Of a stretch of DNA of 64,000 nucleotides, positions 25,770 to 35,548 are shown in pieces. The stretch is from Candidatus Acidiferrales bacterium (lineage in GTDB: Bacteria > Vulcanimicrobiota > Vulcanimicrobiia > Vulcanimicrobiales > Vulcanimicrobiaceae). The stretch spans positions 765 through 64,764 of the forward strand of contig DATJRM010000024.1 of assembly GCA_035504755.1 (NCBI GenBank). The letters are read 5' to 3'. Position 1 is the first letter of the stretch; every line of letters starts with the position of its first letter. Position numbers and translations under genes: made by a program. The notes under the pieces are model-generated. The model was not told the DNA's origin. It saw only the letters and a program-made list of their open reading frames with translations, and did not search any database.

Positions 25770-26678
25770 GTGCCGATTGTTGCTGTAACGCAGCCCATTC
25801 CGGTCAGCCCGGGAGGCGGTTTTGACTACGTTGCGATCGATTCGGCCCGCGATCGCGTCTACGCCGCGGATCCCGGCGGAGATGGCCTGCTCATCGCCGA
25901 CGGCGACACGGGCAACGTCATCGGCATCGTTCCCGTCGGTCCGATGCACGGTCTCGCAATCGATCCCGCGACGGGTCACGTCTTTACCGGCAACGGCACT
26001 TCGCGCAGCGTGAGCGAGATCGATCCCGATACGCAGCAGATTTTGCGCACCGCGATCGTCGATGGACCGGTCGACGCAATCGCGTATGATGCCGAACTCG
26101 GACGCATCTATGCCGACGAGGACGACGGCACGCGTCTGTTCGTCATCGACACCAAGACGTTCGAGCAGATCGCGTCGGTGACGCTCCCGGGGCACAAGCC
26201 CGAATATCTTCAAGTCGATCCGCAGACACACGACGTCTACCAAAACATCGCGACGAACGACGAAATTGCCGTGATCGACCCAAAGACGTTCAAAGTTACG
26301 CGGATCATTGCGACGCCTCAGCTCGAGAACAACCATCCGCTACAATACGATGCCGACCATCGTGTGCTCATCGCTGCCGGAGAAAACAACGTTCTCGCAG
26401 TCTACGATCGATCGGGAAAGCTGTTGCATCAGGTAAACCTGCCCGAACACGTCGATCAGTGCGACTGGGAACCCACGCACCAGTGGCTTGCGTGCGCGGG
26501 GGGCGGCATCGCACTCTATTCCTTCGACGGAAGGAGCGATCCGAAGCTGCTCGACAATGAACGGATCGCTTCCGGCATCCACACCACCGCGATCGACCCG
26601 CGAACCGGCACGATTTGGGTTGTCTGGAGCGACGACGGAGGCGGTGGGTACATTCAGGGATTTACGTACCGGCCGTAA
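25770..26678 (+). CDS. YVTN/YncE-like beta-propeller repeat protein
   Basis: It has a repeated pattern ...RVYAAD..., ...HVFTGN...S.SEIDP.T..., ...RIYADE...VIDTKT..., ...VYQN...IAVIDPKT.... Confidence 0.65.
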   Translation: MPIVAVTQPIPVSPGGGFDYVAIDSARDRVYAADPGGDGLLIADGDTGNVIGIVPVGPMHGLAIDPATGHVFTGNGTSRSVSEIDPDTQQILRTAIVDGPVDAIAYDAELGRIYADEDDGTRLFVIDTKTFEQIASVTLPGHKPEYLQVDPQTHDVYQNIATNDEIAVIDPKTFKVTRIIATPQLENNHPLQYDADHRVLIAAGENNVLAVYDRSGKLLHQVNLPEHVDQCDWEPTHQWLACAGGGIALYSFDGRSDPKLLDNERIASGIHTTAIDPRTGTIWVVWSDDGGGGYIQGFTYRP

Positions 26679-27795
26679 ACCGGTCCAGTCGCAAGAAATC
26701 CAGCGCATAGGGCGGCGCTTCACCAAGCAGCATCTGCGTGAGGATCTCGCCGATGACCGGCGCGAACTTGAACCCGTGACCGGAGAAGCCGCACGCAATG
26801 GCGACGCGCGGGCTTTGGGGATCGAAGCCGATTCCGAAGTTCGCGTCCGGCGTCATGGTGTACATGCAGGCTCTTGCTTCGCGCATGCGCAGCTCCGTGC
26901 CGGGCATCAACTCGCCCAGCGTGTCACGCATCACCGCCGTTTCGGCGCCGTGCACGTTGCGGTCGAGCGTGTCGGCCCAGGTGAACTCGCCGAAGCCGTG
27001 AAAGGCGGCCTTGAAGCCGTCACCGAGATCGGGGATCGCGTAGAGCGGCGCCGGCAACCCCTCGCGCTCGAGAAAGAACGCGGGAAGCTCGGCCGGTCCG
27101 CATGCCTGCGGGGGCGGCGTGTACCAGTATTGCACGTTGCGCTGCACGCGCAGCGGAAGTCCCAGGCGCCCGAGCAGATCGTCCGTCCACGCTCCGGCGC
27201 AGACGGCCAGCCGGTCGGTTATGACGTCGTCGCTCCCCTCGATGCGAATACGAACCTTGCGGCGCTCGAGCTGAAAGCCGCGCACGCTTGCGCGATCGTA
27301 GAGCTGCGCGCCCAAGTCTTGCGCCAGGGTCAAGTGCGCAGCGATCGCTCGCTCCGGAAAGACCACGCCCGCGTCGGGCTCCAGGATCCCGACTTCGTCG
27401 GCATGCAGCGCCAAGCGCGGATAGCGGGCGCGCAACGCAACGGCGTCGAGCGGCTCGGTTGGAATGCCGAACATGTCGGCGGCGCGAGTGACGCCGGTGA
27501 CGGCGGTCGAATCGGGCCGGCCGATCATCAGCACACCGAAGCAATCGAGCAGCGCCGTCTGCGACAGCTCCTCGAGCTCGCGCCACAACGTGTAGGCGCG
27601 CTGGAGGAGCGGCACGTACGCCGTGTCCTCGAAGTACGCTTTGCGGATGATTCGCGTACGGCCCGTCGATGCGCCCAGTTCGTGCATCAACGAGAATCGC
27701 TCGATGCCTGCGACGCGTAAACCGCGTCGCGCGAGGTGCGCAACGGCGGCGCTTCCCATGCCTCCCAAGCCGAGAACGGCGGCGTCGTACTGCAT
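26662..27795 (-). CDS. solA: FAD-dependent monomeric sarcosine / N-methyltryptophan oxidase family protein
   Basis: I trimmed the ORF to MQYDAAVLGLGGMGSA (the GxGxxG motif). The C-terminal ACGFSGHGFKFAPVIGE motif contains the flavinylation Cys. Confidence 0.75.
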   Translation of the reverse strand: MQYDAAVLGLGGMGSAAVAHLARRGLRVAGIERFSLMHELGASTGRTRIIRKAYFEDTAYVPLLQRAYTLWRELEELSQTALLDCFGVLMIGRPDSTAVTGVTRAADMFGIPTEPLDAVALRARYPRLALHADEVGILEPDAGVVFPERAIAAHLTLAQDLGAQLYDRASVRGFQLERRKVRIRIEGSDDVITDRLAVCAGAWTDDLLGRLGLPLRVQRNVQYWYTPPPQACGPAELPAFFLEREGLPAPLYAIPDLGDGFKAAFHGFGEFTWADTLDRNVHGAETAVMRDTLGELMPGTELRMREARACMYTMTPDANFGIGFDPQSPRVAIACGFSGHGFKFAPVIGEILTQMLLGEAPPYALDFLRLDRFTAGT

Positions 27796-27862
27796 GCAGG
27801 CGACGTTTCTTCCTGCGTGCAAGTCTCCCGCCCCCCGACCTGTGAAGAAGAGTGAGGACGGT

Positions 27863-28501
27863 ATGGATCCCAACAGAACCGCTGTCGTCTTGATCGAATA
27901 TCAGAACGACTTCACGTCGCCAGGCGGCACGCTCCATGATGCGGTGAAGCCGGTCATGGAGAGCACGCACATGCTCGAAAATACATGCGAGACCGTCGAG
28001 CGGGCGCGCACACTGGGCGCGACGATCGTGCACGCGCCGATCGCATTCACACCGGATTACCACGAATTGACGGACGAACCGTACGGCATCCTCAAGGGCG
28101 TGGTCGACAGTCAATCGTTTCGCAAGGGGACCTGGGGCGCCGAGATCGTCGACGCGCTCACGCCGCGGGCCGAAGATATCGTCGTGGAGGGAAAGCGCGG
28201 CCTGGACGCTTTTGCGAGCACGAATCTCGACTTCATTTTGCGCAGCCGCGGCATCACCAACGTGGTGCTAGGCGGATTCCTTACCAACTGCTGCGTCGAG
28301 TCGACGATGCGCACCGCATACGAAAAAGGCTACAACGTCGTCACGCTGACCGATTGCACCGCGACATTGAGCGAGGACGAGCAACGCCTTGCCGTCGACA
28401 AGAACTACCCGATGTTCTCGCGGCCGATGAAGCATGAGGAATTCCTCGGCACACTCGAGGGGAAGGAAACCGTGGGCGCGGGACGGGGCTATACGTACTG
28501 A
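27863..28501 (+). CDS. isochorismatase-family cysteine hydrolase
   Basis: I trimmed the ORF to ATG 27863 (MDPNRTAVVLIEYQNDF). It has the catalytic pattern ...K...DAF... and VVLGGFLTNCCVEST. Confidence 0.85.
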   Translation: MDPNRTAVVLIEYQNDFTSPGGTLHDAVKPVMESTHMLENTCETVERARTLGATIVHAPIAFTPDYHELTDEPYGILKGVVDSQSFRKGTWGAEIVDALTPRAEDIVVEGKRGLDAFASTNLDFILRSRGITNVVLGGFLTNCCVESTMRTAYEKGYNVVTLTDCTATLSEDEQRLAVDKNYPMFSRPMKHEEFLGTLEGKETVGAGRGYTY

Positions 28502-28569
28502 GACACAGCCTCGAGGCCGGGGAGCAGGGGTCACGGTCAGCCCGCAGAACCAGGCTCCCCGGTCCGTTT

Positions 28570-28645
28570 GCCGACGTAGCTCAGTTGGTAGAGCAATTGT
28601 TTCGTAAACAATAGGTCGCCGGTTCAAGTCCGGCCGTCGGCTCCA
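28570..28645 (+). tRNA. tRNA-Thr (anticodon CGU), CCA encoded
   Basis: I folded the cloverleaf by hand. The acceptor is GCCGACG/CGTCGGC and the D arm is GCTC-AGTTGGTA-GAGC. The anticodon stem ATTGT/ACAAT carries loop TTCGTAA. The T arm is GCCGG-TTCAAGT-CCGGC, the discriminator is T, and CCA follows. Confidence 0.9.
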
Positions 28646-29385
28646 CGCCGGCTTAAGTATTCTGCGACGATCCACGCGGCGCCGGCGATTGCGCCGTTTT
28701 CGGAATTTCCCGCCCAGGCGGTCAGACTATGCGGATCCGTGAACGGCGCGGGCAGCCACACCAGGAGTCCGAAGCCCACGATCATCGCCGTCGTCAAACG
28801 TGCGGCAAGGAGCGCGGCGCGGCCGCTGAGGAGCGCGATTGCGGCAAGCGCGAAACACACGGTCGTGAGCACTGCCCAAAACATCCGCCCGGGTAAGATC
28901 CACGCCGGCACGAACGACGCGGTTGCTTGGAGATAGAGCGCTTGTCCGAGCGTAAATGAGATCACGCATATACCGAAGCCGTAATAAGCGAATCGTTCGA
29001 GGCGTGTTGCGCGCCGTGGGTCGCCGAGCGTCGACGCATAGAGCATGATCGCTCCGCACACGAGCGAAAACTGTTCGAAGAAATTGCCGAGCGGATCGTA
29101 CGATTGCGGTGTGGCAAGCCAACGCGGCAACCAGAGGACCGCGAAGATCGCATAGGTGATCCCAAGCACGATGGCGCCGATGCGCGCCGTCCTTCGCCAT
29201 TGCACCGCCAGCCCGCCCAGGATCACCGCCGGGATATAGAGATAGAGCAGGATCTCGTGCAGCGATCCGACGTCCAGCGGCGTAATCCGCTGCCACGTAT
29301 TGAAGTCACCGAACGTCAGCGAAAAAGCGCCGAAACCGATCGACGCCAGGCCGAAGAGGTGGCGACCCAGGTTCGACGTATTCAT
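28624..29385 (-). CDS. integral membrane protein, unknown family
   Basis: It has about 8 predicted hydrophobic helices. The last 22 nt, including the stop, overlap the tRNA-Thr gene on the opposite strand. Confidence 0.6.
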   Translation of the reverse strand: MNTSNLGRHLFGLASIGFGAFSLTFGDFNTWQRITPLDVGSLHEILLYLYIPAVILGGLAVQWRRTARIGAIVLGITYAIFAVLWLPRWLATPQSYDPLGNFFEQFSLVCGAIMLYASTLGDPRRATRLERFAYYGFGICVISFTLGQALYLQATASFVPAWILPGRMFWAVLTTVCFALAAIALLSGRAALLAARLTTAMIVGFGLLVWLPAPFTDPHSLTAWAGNSENGAIAGAAWIVAEYLSRRGADGRT

Positions 29386-29566
29386 CGCGTGTCACAACGC
29401 GACGGTCGCGTCGGCTGTGACCGGCGGAGCGCCCACGCGGCGTCCGCGAAAACGCCGAGCTCGAAACCTTCGTCTTCGGCCGAATGTCGAAGGAGGATCA
29501 GGAGCTCGTGCGCGCCCGGCATCCGGGGCTGCAGCCGCTGGACGCGGTGAAAGGGAGGGTTTGCGC

Positions 29567-30028
29567 GTGGTCACACTCACCATCAACGGCGAAAAGCACG
29601 ATCTAGACGTTCCCGACGAGATGCCGCTGCTCTGGGCGATTCGTGACGTGGTCGGTCTGACCGGCACGAAATTCGGCTGCGGCGTCGCGCAGTGCGGATG
29701 CTGCACCGTGCATCTCGACGACGACGCCGTCCGCTCGTGCGTGACGCCGGTCAGCGCGGCAGCCGGCAAGTCGATCACGACGATCGAAGCGCTCGGGACG
29801 CCGGGGCAGCCGCATCCGCTGCAACAGGCATGGATCGAGGAAGAGGTCCCGCAGTGCGGCTACTGCCAGTCCGGCCAGCTCATGGCGATCTCCGCCTTCT
29901 TGAAAAAGAATCCGCATCCGACCGACGCCGATCTCGCCGCGTCGATCACCAACATCTGCCGCTGCGGCACCTACGGTCGCATCCGTAAGGCGGTCGCGCG
30001 CGCAACCGGCGGAGGGCAAACGTCATGA
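29567..30028 (+). CDS. (2Fe-2S)-binding small subunit of a molybdenum hydroxylase (IorA / aldehyde oxidoreductase-like)
   Basis: I trimmed the ORF to GTG 29567, after AGGGAGGG. The two 2Fe-2S clusters are marked by GCGVAQCGCCTV and CGYCQSG...CRCGTY. Confidence 0.85.
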   Translation: MVTLTINGEKHDLDVPDEMPLLWAIRDVVGLTGTKFGCGVAQCGCCTVHLDDDAVRSCVTPVSAAAGKSITTIEALGTPGQPHPLQQAWIEEEVPQCGYCQSGQLMAISAFLKKNPHPTDADLAASITNICRCGTYGRIRKAVARATGGGQTS

Positions 30029-32151
30029 CGACGATCAATCGCGCCGATTTCGTTCGGCTCGGGTCGGTTTTTGCCGGAAGCTTGGTGTTGGGGATTGGCG
30101 CCGGCGGATGCTCGAACCGCAGCACCGGCGCGCCGCAGAGCGCGCAGAACGGCGGCTTCAAACCGAACGCCTGGCTCGTCGTGCATCCTGACGAGAAGGT
30201 CACGATCTTCGTGAACAAATCGGAGATGGGGCAAGGCGTCGCGACCGGGCTGCCGACGATCCTGGCCGACGAACTCGACGCGCCGTTCGAAAATGTCATC
30301 GTCGAGTTTGCTCCGGCCGCCCCTGCGTACGCCGATCCGGGTTTCAAAGCGCAGGTTACCGGTGGCAGTGCCAGCATCGCCTCGATGTGGCTACCGCTGC
30401 GCACGGCGGGCGCAAGCGCTCGCGAGATGCTCGTAGCCGCCGCGGCAAAGCAATGGACGGTCGATCCCGCGACGCTGACGACCAAGAACGGCAGCGTGGT
30501 CGATACGAAGAACAATCGCAGCGCGACCTACGGCAGCCTCGTTGCCGCTGCGTCGGCGATGCCCGTTCCAGCCAAACCGCGGCTGAAGACGCCGGACGCG
30601 TTCACGCTGATCGGCAAGCAAAACGCGCGCATCGATACGCCGCTCAAGGTGAACGGCGCCGCGAAGTACGGCATCGACACACGCGTTCCCGGAATGAAGT
30701 TCGCCTCGGTGCTCTATCCGCCGGTCTTCGGCGCTCGCGTAAAATCCTTCGACGCGAGCAAGGCGAAGAAAGTCCCCGGCGTCATCGACGTCGTGCAGAT
30801 TCCAAGCGGTGTGGCGGTCGTCGCGACCAACTCCTGGGCGGCCTTCACGGGTAAAAACGCAATTGCCGCCCAGTATGACGACGGACCGTTCGCGTCACAG
30901 AGCACGGATACGCTCAAGGCGCGCTTCCTCGAGCTTGCCAACGGCGGCGGCGGGATCGCGGCCGTTTCTCGCGGGTCGAAGACCACGAGCGGGAAGCAAC
31001 TCGAGGCGGTCTATTTCGGGCATCCCGCCGCGCACGCGGCGATGGAGCCGATGAACGCCACCGCGTCGGTGACGCCTGACGGCGTCGAGATTTGGGCGCC
31101 GACGCAAGTGCAGTCGTTCGCGCAACTCTACGCCGCGAAGCTTGCGGGCGTTTCGCCGGACAAAGTGACGATCCACACGACCTACCTCGGCGGCGGTTTC
31201 GGGCGGAGGCTCTACGTCGACTTCACCAACGACGCGGTTGCCGTCAGCAAGGCGATCAAGGCGCCCGTACAAGTGATCTGGACCCGCGAAGACGATACGC
31301 AGCACGACTGGTACAAGCCGATGGGCGCAAATCGGGTCATCGGAACGCTCGACGCGAGCGGCAACCTGGTCGCGATGCGGCACACCGTCGTGATGGACTC
31401 GATCATGAAGGGTCTCGGCATTCCGGTGAAAGACGGGCTCGACCCGATTTCCATGGATTCGGTGATGAACTCGCAGTACGAGATCCCAAACTATCACGCG
31501 TATTACATCGACCCCGGCAGCGGCGTTCCACCGGGCAGTCTGCGCGCTCCGGGCGCGAACTGGAACAACTTCGTGATGGAATCGTTCGTCGACGAACTCG
31601 CCCACGCTGCCGGAAAGGATCCGCTGGCTTTCCGCCTGGCGCTCTTGAAGAAGAACGAACGCGCGGCCAACGTTTTGCGCACCGTTGCAAAGAACGCGTC
31701 GTGGGGCTCGCCCGCTTCCGGGACAAAGCAAGGCATCGCGGTTGGGTTTTGGAACGGCACGTCCGTTGCGACGGTGGCCGAGGTTTCGATGGACGGCAGC
31801 ACGCCGCGCGTGCATCGCGCATTCGTCGTTGCCGACATCGGCCGCGCCGTGAATCCGACGATCGTGCGGCAGCAACTCGAGGGGGCGACCAACTACGGTC
31901 TCTCGATGGCGCTTGCCAGCAAGATCACGATCAAGAACGGCGCCGTGCAAGAGCACAACTTCTACGACTTCCTGGTGATGCGGATCGATCAGGCGCCCGA
32001 GATACACACCGAGATCGTCGAGGGCAGCCCGTCACCAACCGGGATCGGTGAACCGGCGACCATCACCATTGCGCCCGCTGTAGCGAATGCGATCTTCGCG
32101 ATCAATGGCAAACGCGCGCGCGTACTGCCGTTCAGCGAGGCGTTTGCGTGA
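30025..32151 (+). CDS. molybdopterin-binding large subunit of a molybdenum hydroxylase (IorB / xanthine dehydrogenase family)
   Basis: It has a signal/lipobox-like N-terminus (GIGAGGC) and aldehyde oxidase/xanthine dehydrogenase a/b hammerhead and MoCo-binding patterns. Its start overlaps the small-subunit stop (ATGA). Confidence 0.85.
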   Translation: MTTINRADFVRLGSVFAGSLVLGIGAGGCSNRSTGAPQSAQNGGFKPNAWLVVHPDEKVTIFVNKSEMGQGVATGLPTILADELDAPFENVIVEFAPAAPAYADPGFKAQVTGGSASIASMWLPLRTAGASAREMLVAAAAKQWTVDPATLTTKNGSVVDTKNNRSATYGSLVAAASAMPVPAKPRLKTPDAFTLIGKQNARIDTPLKVNGAAKYGIDTRVPGMKFASVLYPPVFGARVKSFDASKAKKVPGVIDVVQIPSGVAVVATNSWAAFTGKNAIAAQYDDGPFASQSTDTLKARFLELANGGGGIAAVSRGSKTTSGKQLEAVYFGHPAAHAAMEPMNATASVTPDGVEIWAPTQVQSFAQLYAAKLAGVSPDKVTIHTTYLGGGFGRRLYVDFTNDAVAVSKAIKAPVQVIWTREDDTQHDWYKPMGANRVIGTLDASGNLVAMRHTVVMDSIMKGLGIPVKDGLDPISMDSVMNSQYEIPNYHAYYIDPGSGVPPGSLRAPGANWNNFVMESFVDELAHAAGKDPLAFRLALLKKNERAANVLRTVAKNASWGSPASGTKQGIAVGFWNGTSVATVAEVSMDGSTPRVHRAFVVADIGRAVNPTIVRQQLEGATNYGLSMALASKITIKNGAVQEHNFYDFLVMRIDQAPEIHTEIVEGSPSPTGIGEPATITIAPAVANAIFAINGKRARVLPFSEAFA

Positions 32152-32572
32152 AGTTCAACGCTAGGCCGTCGATGCAGTAGCGCAGGTGCGTGGGCGGTGG
32201 ACCGTCGTCGAAGATGTGGCCCAAGTGTCCGCCGCAACGCGCGCAGTGGACTTCGGTGCGCTCTTCACCGGGAAGATCGTAGTCGGCGCGCGTGAGCGTC
32301 TTGTGCGGCAACACCGTCCAGAATGACGGCCAGCCGTCGCCGCTGTCGTATTTCATCGCCGACGTGAAGAGCGCCTGATCGCAACCCGCGCAGGAATAGA
32401 GACCGGCGCGATGTTCCGCGATCAGCGGGCTCGAAAACGCGGGCTCGGTGCCGTTTTCGCGTAGAATTTCGTAGCGGTCGGGTCCGAGGATCTGCTTCCA
32501 CCGCGCATCCGTGTGCGTGACCGGATACGCAACGACCGCAAAAAGCGCACCGAGAAATGCCAGGCGGTCCAT
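32132..32572 (-). CDS. msrB: peptide-methionine (R)-S-oxide reductase MsrB with hydrophobic N-terminal segment
   Basis: I trimmed the ORF to MDRLAFLGALFAVVAYPV. It has the Zn motifs CAGC and CARCGGHLGHIF plus GWPSF. Confidence 0.9.
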   Translation of the reverse strand: MDRLAFLGALFAVVAYPVTHTDARWKQILGPDRYEILRENGTEPAFSSPLIAEHRAGLYSCAGCDQALFTSAMKYDSGDGWPSFWTVLPHKTLTRADYDLPGEERTEVHCARCGGHLGHIFDDGPPPTHLRYCIDGLALNFTQTPR

Positions 32573-33045
32573 CAGAGGCTCACGTAGCACGCGGCGCCGT
32601 GCCGCTCGACGTAGCGTTGATGGTAATCCTCGGCGCGATAGAAAATCGTTGCCGGGACGATCTTGGTGACGATGCGCCGCCGCAGCTGTGCCTGCGCGCG
32701 ATCGCGCGACGTCATCGCCGACACGAACTGCTCCGGTGTATGCGTAAAGACCGACGAGCGGTATTGCGACCCGATGTCGGGCCCTTGACGATCGACCTGT
32801 GTCGGATCGTGAATCTTCCAGAACACGTCGAGGAGTTGATCGTAGCTGATCTCTGCCGGATCGAAGATGACCTCGACCGCTTCCGCATGGCCGGTGCGGT
32901 CGCTGCAGACCTCTCGATACGTAGGATGCGGCGTGCGCCCACCGGTGTAGCCGGAGACCGCATCGATGACGCCGGGAAGTCGACGGAAGGCTGCTTCCAC
33001 GGCCCAGAAGCAGCCGGCGGCAAATGTTGCGGTTTGGGTAGCCAT
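32572..33045 (-). CDS. msrA: peptide-methionine (S)-S-oxide reductase MsrA
   Basis: I trimmed the ORF to MATQTATFAAGCFWAVEAAF (the GCFW active site). It also has GYTGG and YHQRY. Its stop shares one nt with the msrB start (TGATG). Confidence 0.9.
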   Translation of the reverse strand: MATQTATFAAGCFWAVEAAFRRLPGVIDAVSGYTGGRTPHPTYREVCSDRTGHAEAVEVIFDPAEISYDQLLDVFWKIHDPTQVDRQGPDIGSQYRSSVFTHTPEQFVSAMTSRDRAQAQLRRRIVTKIVPATIFYRAEDYHQRYVERHGAACYVSL

Positions 33046-33095
33046 ACATCCGTAGAACGCCGCGGATGAGGACTTGGATGCGTCACCCGCGCTCG

Positions 33096-34241
33096 CTAGG
33101 CGATTACGTCCGGTCCTACGTTGCGAACGCTCGACGTGGCGGTCAGGCCCATCGCGATGTCGAGTTCGCCGCGGATGATTTCGATAGCCCGCGCGACGCC
33201 TGCTTCGCCCGCCGCCCCGAGTCCGTAGGTGTATGCGCGTCCGATCAGACAGGCGCGCGCGCCGAGCGCGAGCGCGCGCAACACGTCCATGCCGGTGCGT
33301 ATACCGCTGTCGAAGAGCACCTCGATCTCGCCGCCGACGGCATCGACGACGGCTGGAAGCGCGGAGATACTCGAAGGTGCGCCGTCGAGCTGCCGGCCGC
33401 CGTGATTCGAGACGACGATGGCGCTCGCGCCGCTCTTCGCGGCGATTCGCGCGTCCTCGGGATCCATGACGCCCTTGATGATGATGCGTCCGGGCCAGAG
33501 GGCGCGAATCCACTCGAGATCGTCCCAGTGCAGGGTCGGATCGAACTGCTTGGAGACCCACGTCGCGAGCGACGTTACGCTGTCCATTCCCGTGATGTGC
33601 CCGGCGAGATTCCCGAACGTCTTGCGCTTGCCGCGCAGGACCGAAACGCCCCATCGAGGTTTCGTCGCGACGTCGAGCAGGTTGCCGAACGTGATCTCCG
33701 GGGGAACCGTGAGGCCGTTTTTGATGTCGCAATGGCGTTGCCCGAGCATGGTGAGATCCATCGTCACCATGAGCGCGCTACACTTTGCCGCAGCCGCGCG
33801 CGCAATGAGGTCGCGCACGAATCCGCGGTCGCGCATGACGTACAACTGAAACCAAAATGGCTTTTGCACGGCCTGTGCCACGTCTTCTATCGAGCAGATC
33901 GACATCGTGCTCAAACAAAACGGCACTCCGGCGGCCTGCGCGGCGCGACAGGCGAGGATCTCGCCGTCGCCGTGCTGCATACCGGTCAAGCCGACCGGAG
34001 CGAGCGCGAGCGGTAGCGCCGCCTCTTCGCCTGCGATCGTCGTCGAGAGATCGCGGGTGCCCATCTCGATCCCGACGCGCTGACGCAAGGGAATCGCCGC
34101 AAGGTCCGCACTGTTGGCGCGCAACGTGGACTGCGTATACGATCCGTGGTCCGCGTATTGAAAGAACGCTCGCGGCACGCGGCGTTGCGCGATCGAACGG
34201 AGATCCTCGATCGAGCAAGCTTTGCGCAGCCACGCGCTCAT
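33096..34241 (-). CDS. lldD: FMN-dependent alpha-hydroxy-acid dehydrogenase (L-lactate dehydrogenase family)
   Basis: I trimmed the ORF to MSAWLRKACSIEDLR. It has SNHGGRQLDG and DSGIRTG. Confidence 0.85.
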   Translation of the reverse strand: MSAWLRKACSIEDLRSIAQRRVPRAFFQYADHGSYTQSTLRANSADLAAIPLRQRVGIEMGTRDLSTTIAGEEAALPLALAPVGLTGMQHGDGEILACRAAQAAGVPFCLSTMSICSIEDVAQAVQKPFWFQLYVMRDRGFVRDLIARAAAAKCSALMVTMDLTMLGQRHCDIKNGLTVPPEITFGNLLDVATKPRWGVSVLRGKRKTFGNLAGHITGMDSVTSLATWVSKQFDPTLHWDDLEWIRALWPGRIIIKGVMDPEDARIAAKSGASAIVVSNHGGRQLDGAPSSISALPAVVDAVGGEIEVLFDSGIRTGMDVLRALALGARACLIGRAYTYGLGAAGEAGVARAIEIIRGELDIAMGLTATSSVRNVGPDVIA

Positions 34242-35548
34242 TCGAAGAACGACTCCAGGAACGTCGACTGGAACGCGCGCAGATCGGCGGTAGCCTTCGG
34301 CCCGCGATCCATCCAGTCGTTGATCATCAGCGCGAAGATCAGCGTCCCATGCGGCGTCTGGAGAAACCCTGCGAGCGTTCGCGTGTGGTTGACCGTTCCC
34401 GTCTTGGCGATGACTGCGCCGGCGAGAGGGGGCGCGGTGAACTTGTTCTTGAGGGTGCCGCGGTCGCCCGAGATCGGTAGCGCCCGCATCACCACGGCGC
34501 GGTTGGGACCGTTCCAGTCGTGCGCGAGGATCGTCACCAAATCGCGCGCGGTGATGCGATCGTAGGCGGAGAGGCCCGATCCATCGGCAAGCGTGGTGGT
34601 GGCCGGGTCGATGCCGATCGATTGCAGCCAGGCGCGCTCGCGCTCGAGCGCCTCTTCGCGCGTCGGCGCAAGCGCGTCGAGCAGTGATTCGGCGAGGAGA
34701 TTGTTGCTCGGTAGCCACATGGCGCGCAGCAAGTCCGGCAGCGGCGGCGAGTGATGCGTCCAAAGCACGCGCGCGTTTGGTGGCGCGGCTGTCAGCGTCG
34801 CCGTCGCGGCGAAATGAATGCCGCCCCGGGTCAACGTCTGCGCGATCAAATCGAGAGCGACGCGCGCCGGATCGAGGATGGCTGCATCGATGGCGTCGTC
34901 GGCGTCATCGGCCGGCACGCTGCCGGTCAGGACGAGCGTATCAGGGTCATTCAACGCGACCTGCACGTTCGTCGTGTCTTGCGAATCGGCCGGGCCGGTG
35001 GTCGCGTCGTTGACCACCTTCACCGCGTCCGTTGCCGGCGTGAACGAGAGCGACGGTTGCGCGCCCGGCGCCGCCGGATGGACGGCGATCCGTACCGTGT
35101 TTTCGTCGATCGAGAGCGGGCTCGGCGGCGCGGCGTAATAGTAGGCGAGGTCATCGAGTTCCCAGCCGTCAGGATATCCCGCGAGCGGCGAACCCGCGTC
35201 ACCCGCAAGCGTCGTAAACGTCGTCAGCTGCAATGCGTCGAGCGCGCGCGCGGCGTCGTCGAAGTCGCCTTCGCGCAACAACGGATCGCCGGAGCCCTCG
35301 AGATAGAGCGTCGTGCCGTCGGTCGCAAGCGAGGTCGTGAACGCGAAGCTCGTCCCGAGCTCGTCGAGTGCGCTCGATCCGACCACGAGTTTGAGCGTTG
35401 ATGCCGGCATCATCGCGGCATCGGGATCGCGTGCGTACAGCACCTTGCCCGTCTGCGCGGAGATGACGTAGGCGCTGACGTGAGCGCCACGCAGCGTCGA
35501 CGCCTCGAAAAGCGGGGGCGGTAGAAGAAGCGCGAAGAGCGCGAGCAT
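34238..35548 (-). CDS. dacB: D-alanyl-D-alanine carboxypeptidase/endopeptidase (PBP4, peptidase S13)
   Basis: It has SxxK (ASTLK), SxN (PSNNLLAE) and KTG (AKTGTV). The start is tentatively the Met of MLALFALLL. It would overlap the divergent fkbM-like start by 2 nt, so one of the two starts is probably wrong. Confidence 0.8.
   Translation of the reverse strand: MLALFALLLPPPLFEASTLRGAHVSAYVISAQTGKVLYARDPDAAMMPASTLKLVVGSSALDELGTSFAFTTSLATDGTTLYLEGSGDPLLREGDFDDAARALDALQLTTFTTLAGDAGSPLAGYPDGWELDDLAYYYAAPPSPLSIDENTVRIAVHPAAPGAQPSLSFTPATDAVKVVNDATTGPADSQDTTNVQVALNDPDTLVLTGSVPADDADDAIDAAILDPARVALDLIAQTLTRGGIHFAATATLTAAPPNARVLWTHHSPPLPDLLRAMWLPSNNLLAESLLDALAPTREEALERERAWLQSIGIDPATTTLADGSGLSAYDRITARDLVTILAHDWNGPNRAVVMRALPISGDRGTLKNKFTAPPLAGAVIAKTGTVNHTRTLAGFLQTPHGTLIFALMINDWMDRGPKATADLRAFQSTFLESFFE

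Noticed and set aside
28518-28562. Stem-loop after the isochorismatase gene as a terminator
   Set aside because: The arms pair only imperfectly around a loop of about 28 nt, and there is no U-tract. It abuts the tRNA and is more likely chance or part of the tRNA precursor.
28502-29566. Genomic island or prophage integrated at tRNA-Thr
   Set aside because: There is no integrase, no repeat of the tRNA 3' end in the flanks within the window, and the neighbouring genes are ordinary metabolic or membrane genes.
29386-29566. Moco riboswitch in the 181-nt leader of the molybdenum-hydroxylase genes
   Set aside because: I could not find the conserved paired CCUCC...GGAGG-type P1 or the other elements I remember for the motif. 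A covariance-model scan would be needed, and nothing here supports it by eye.
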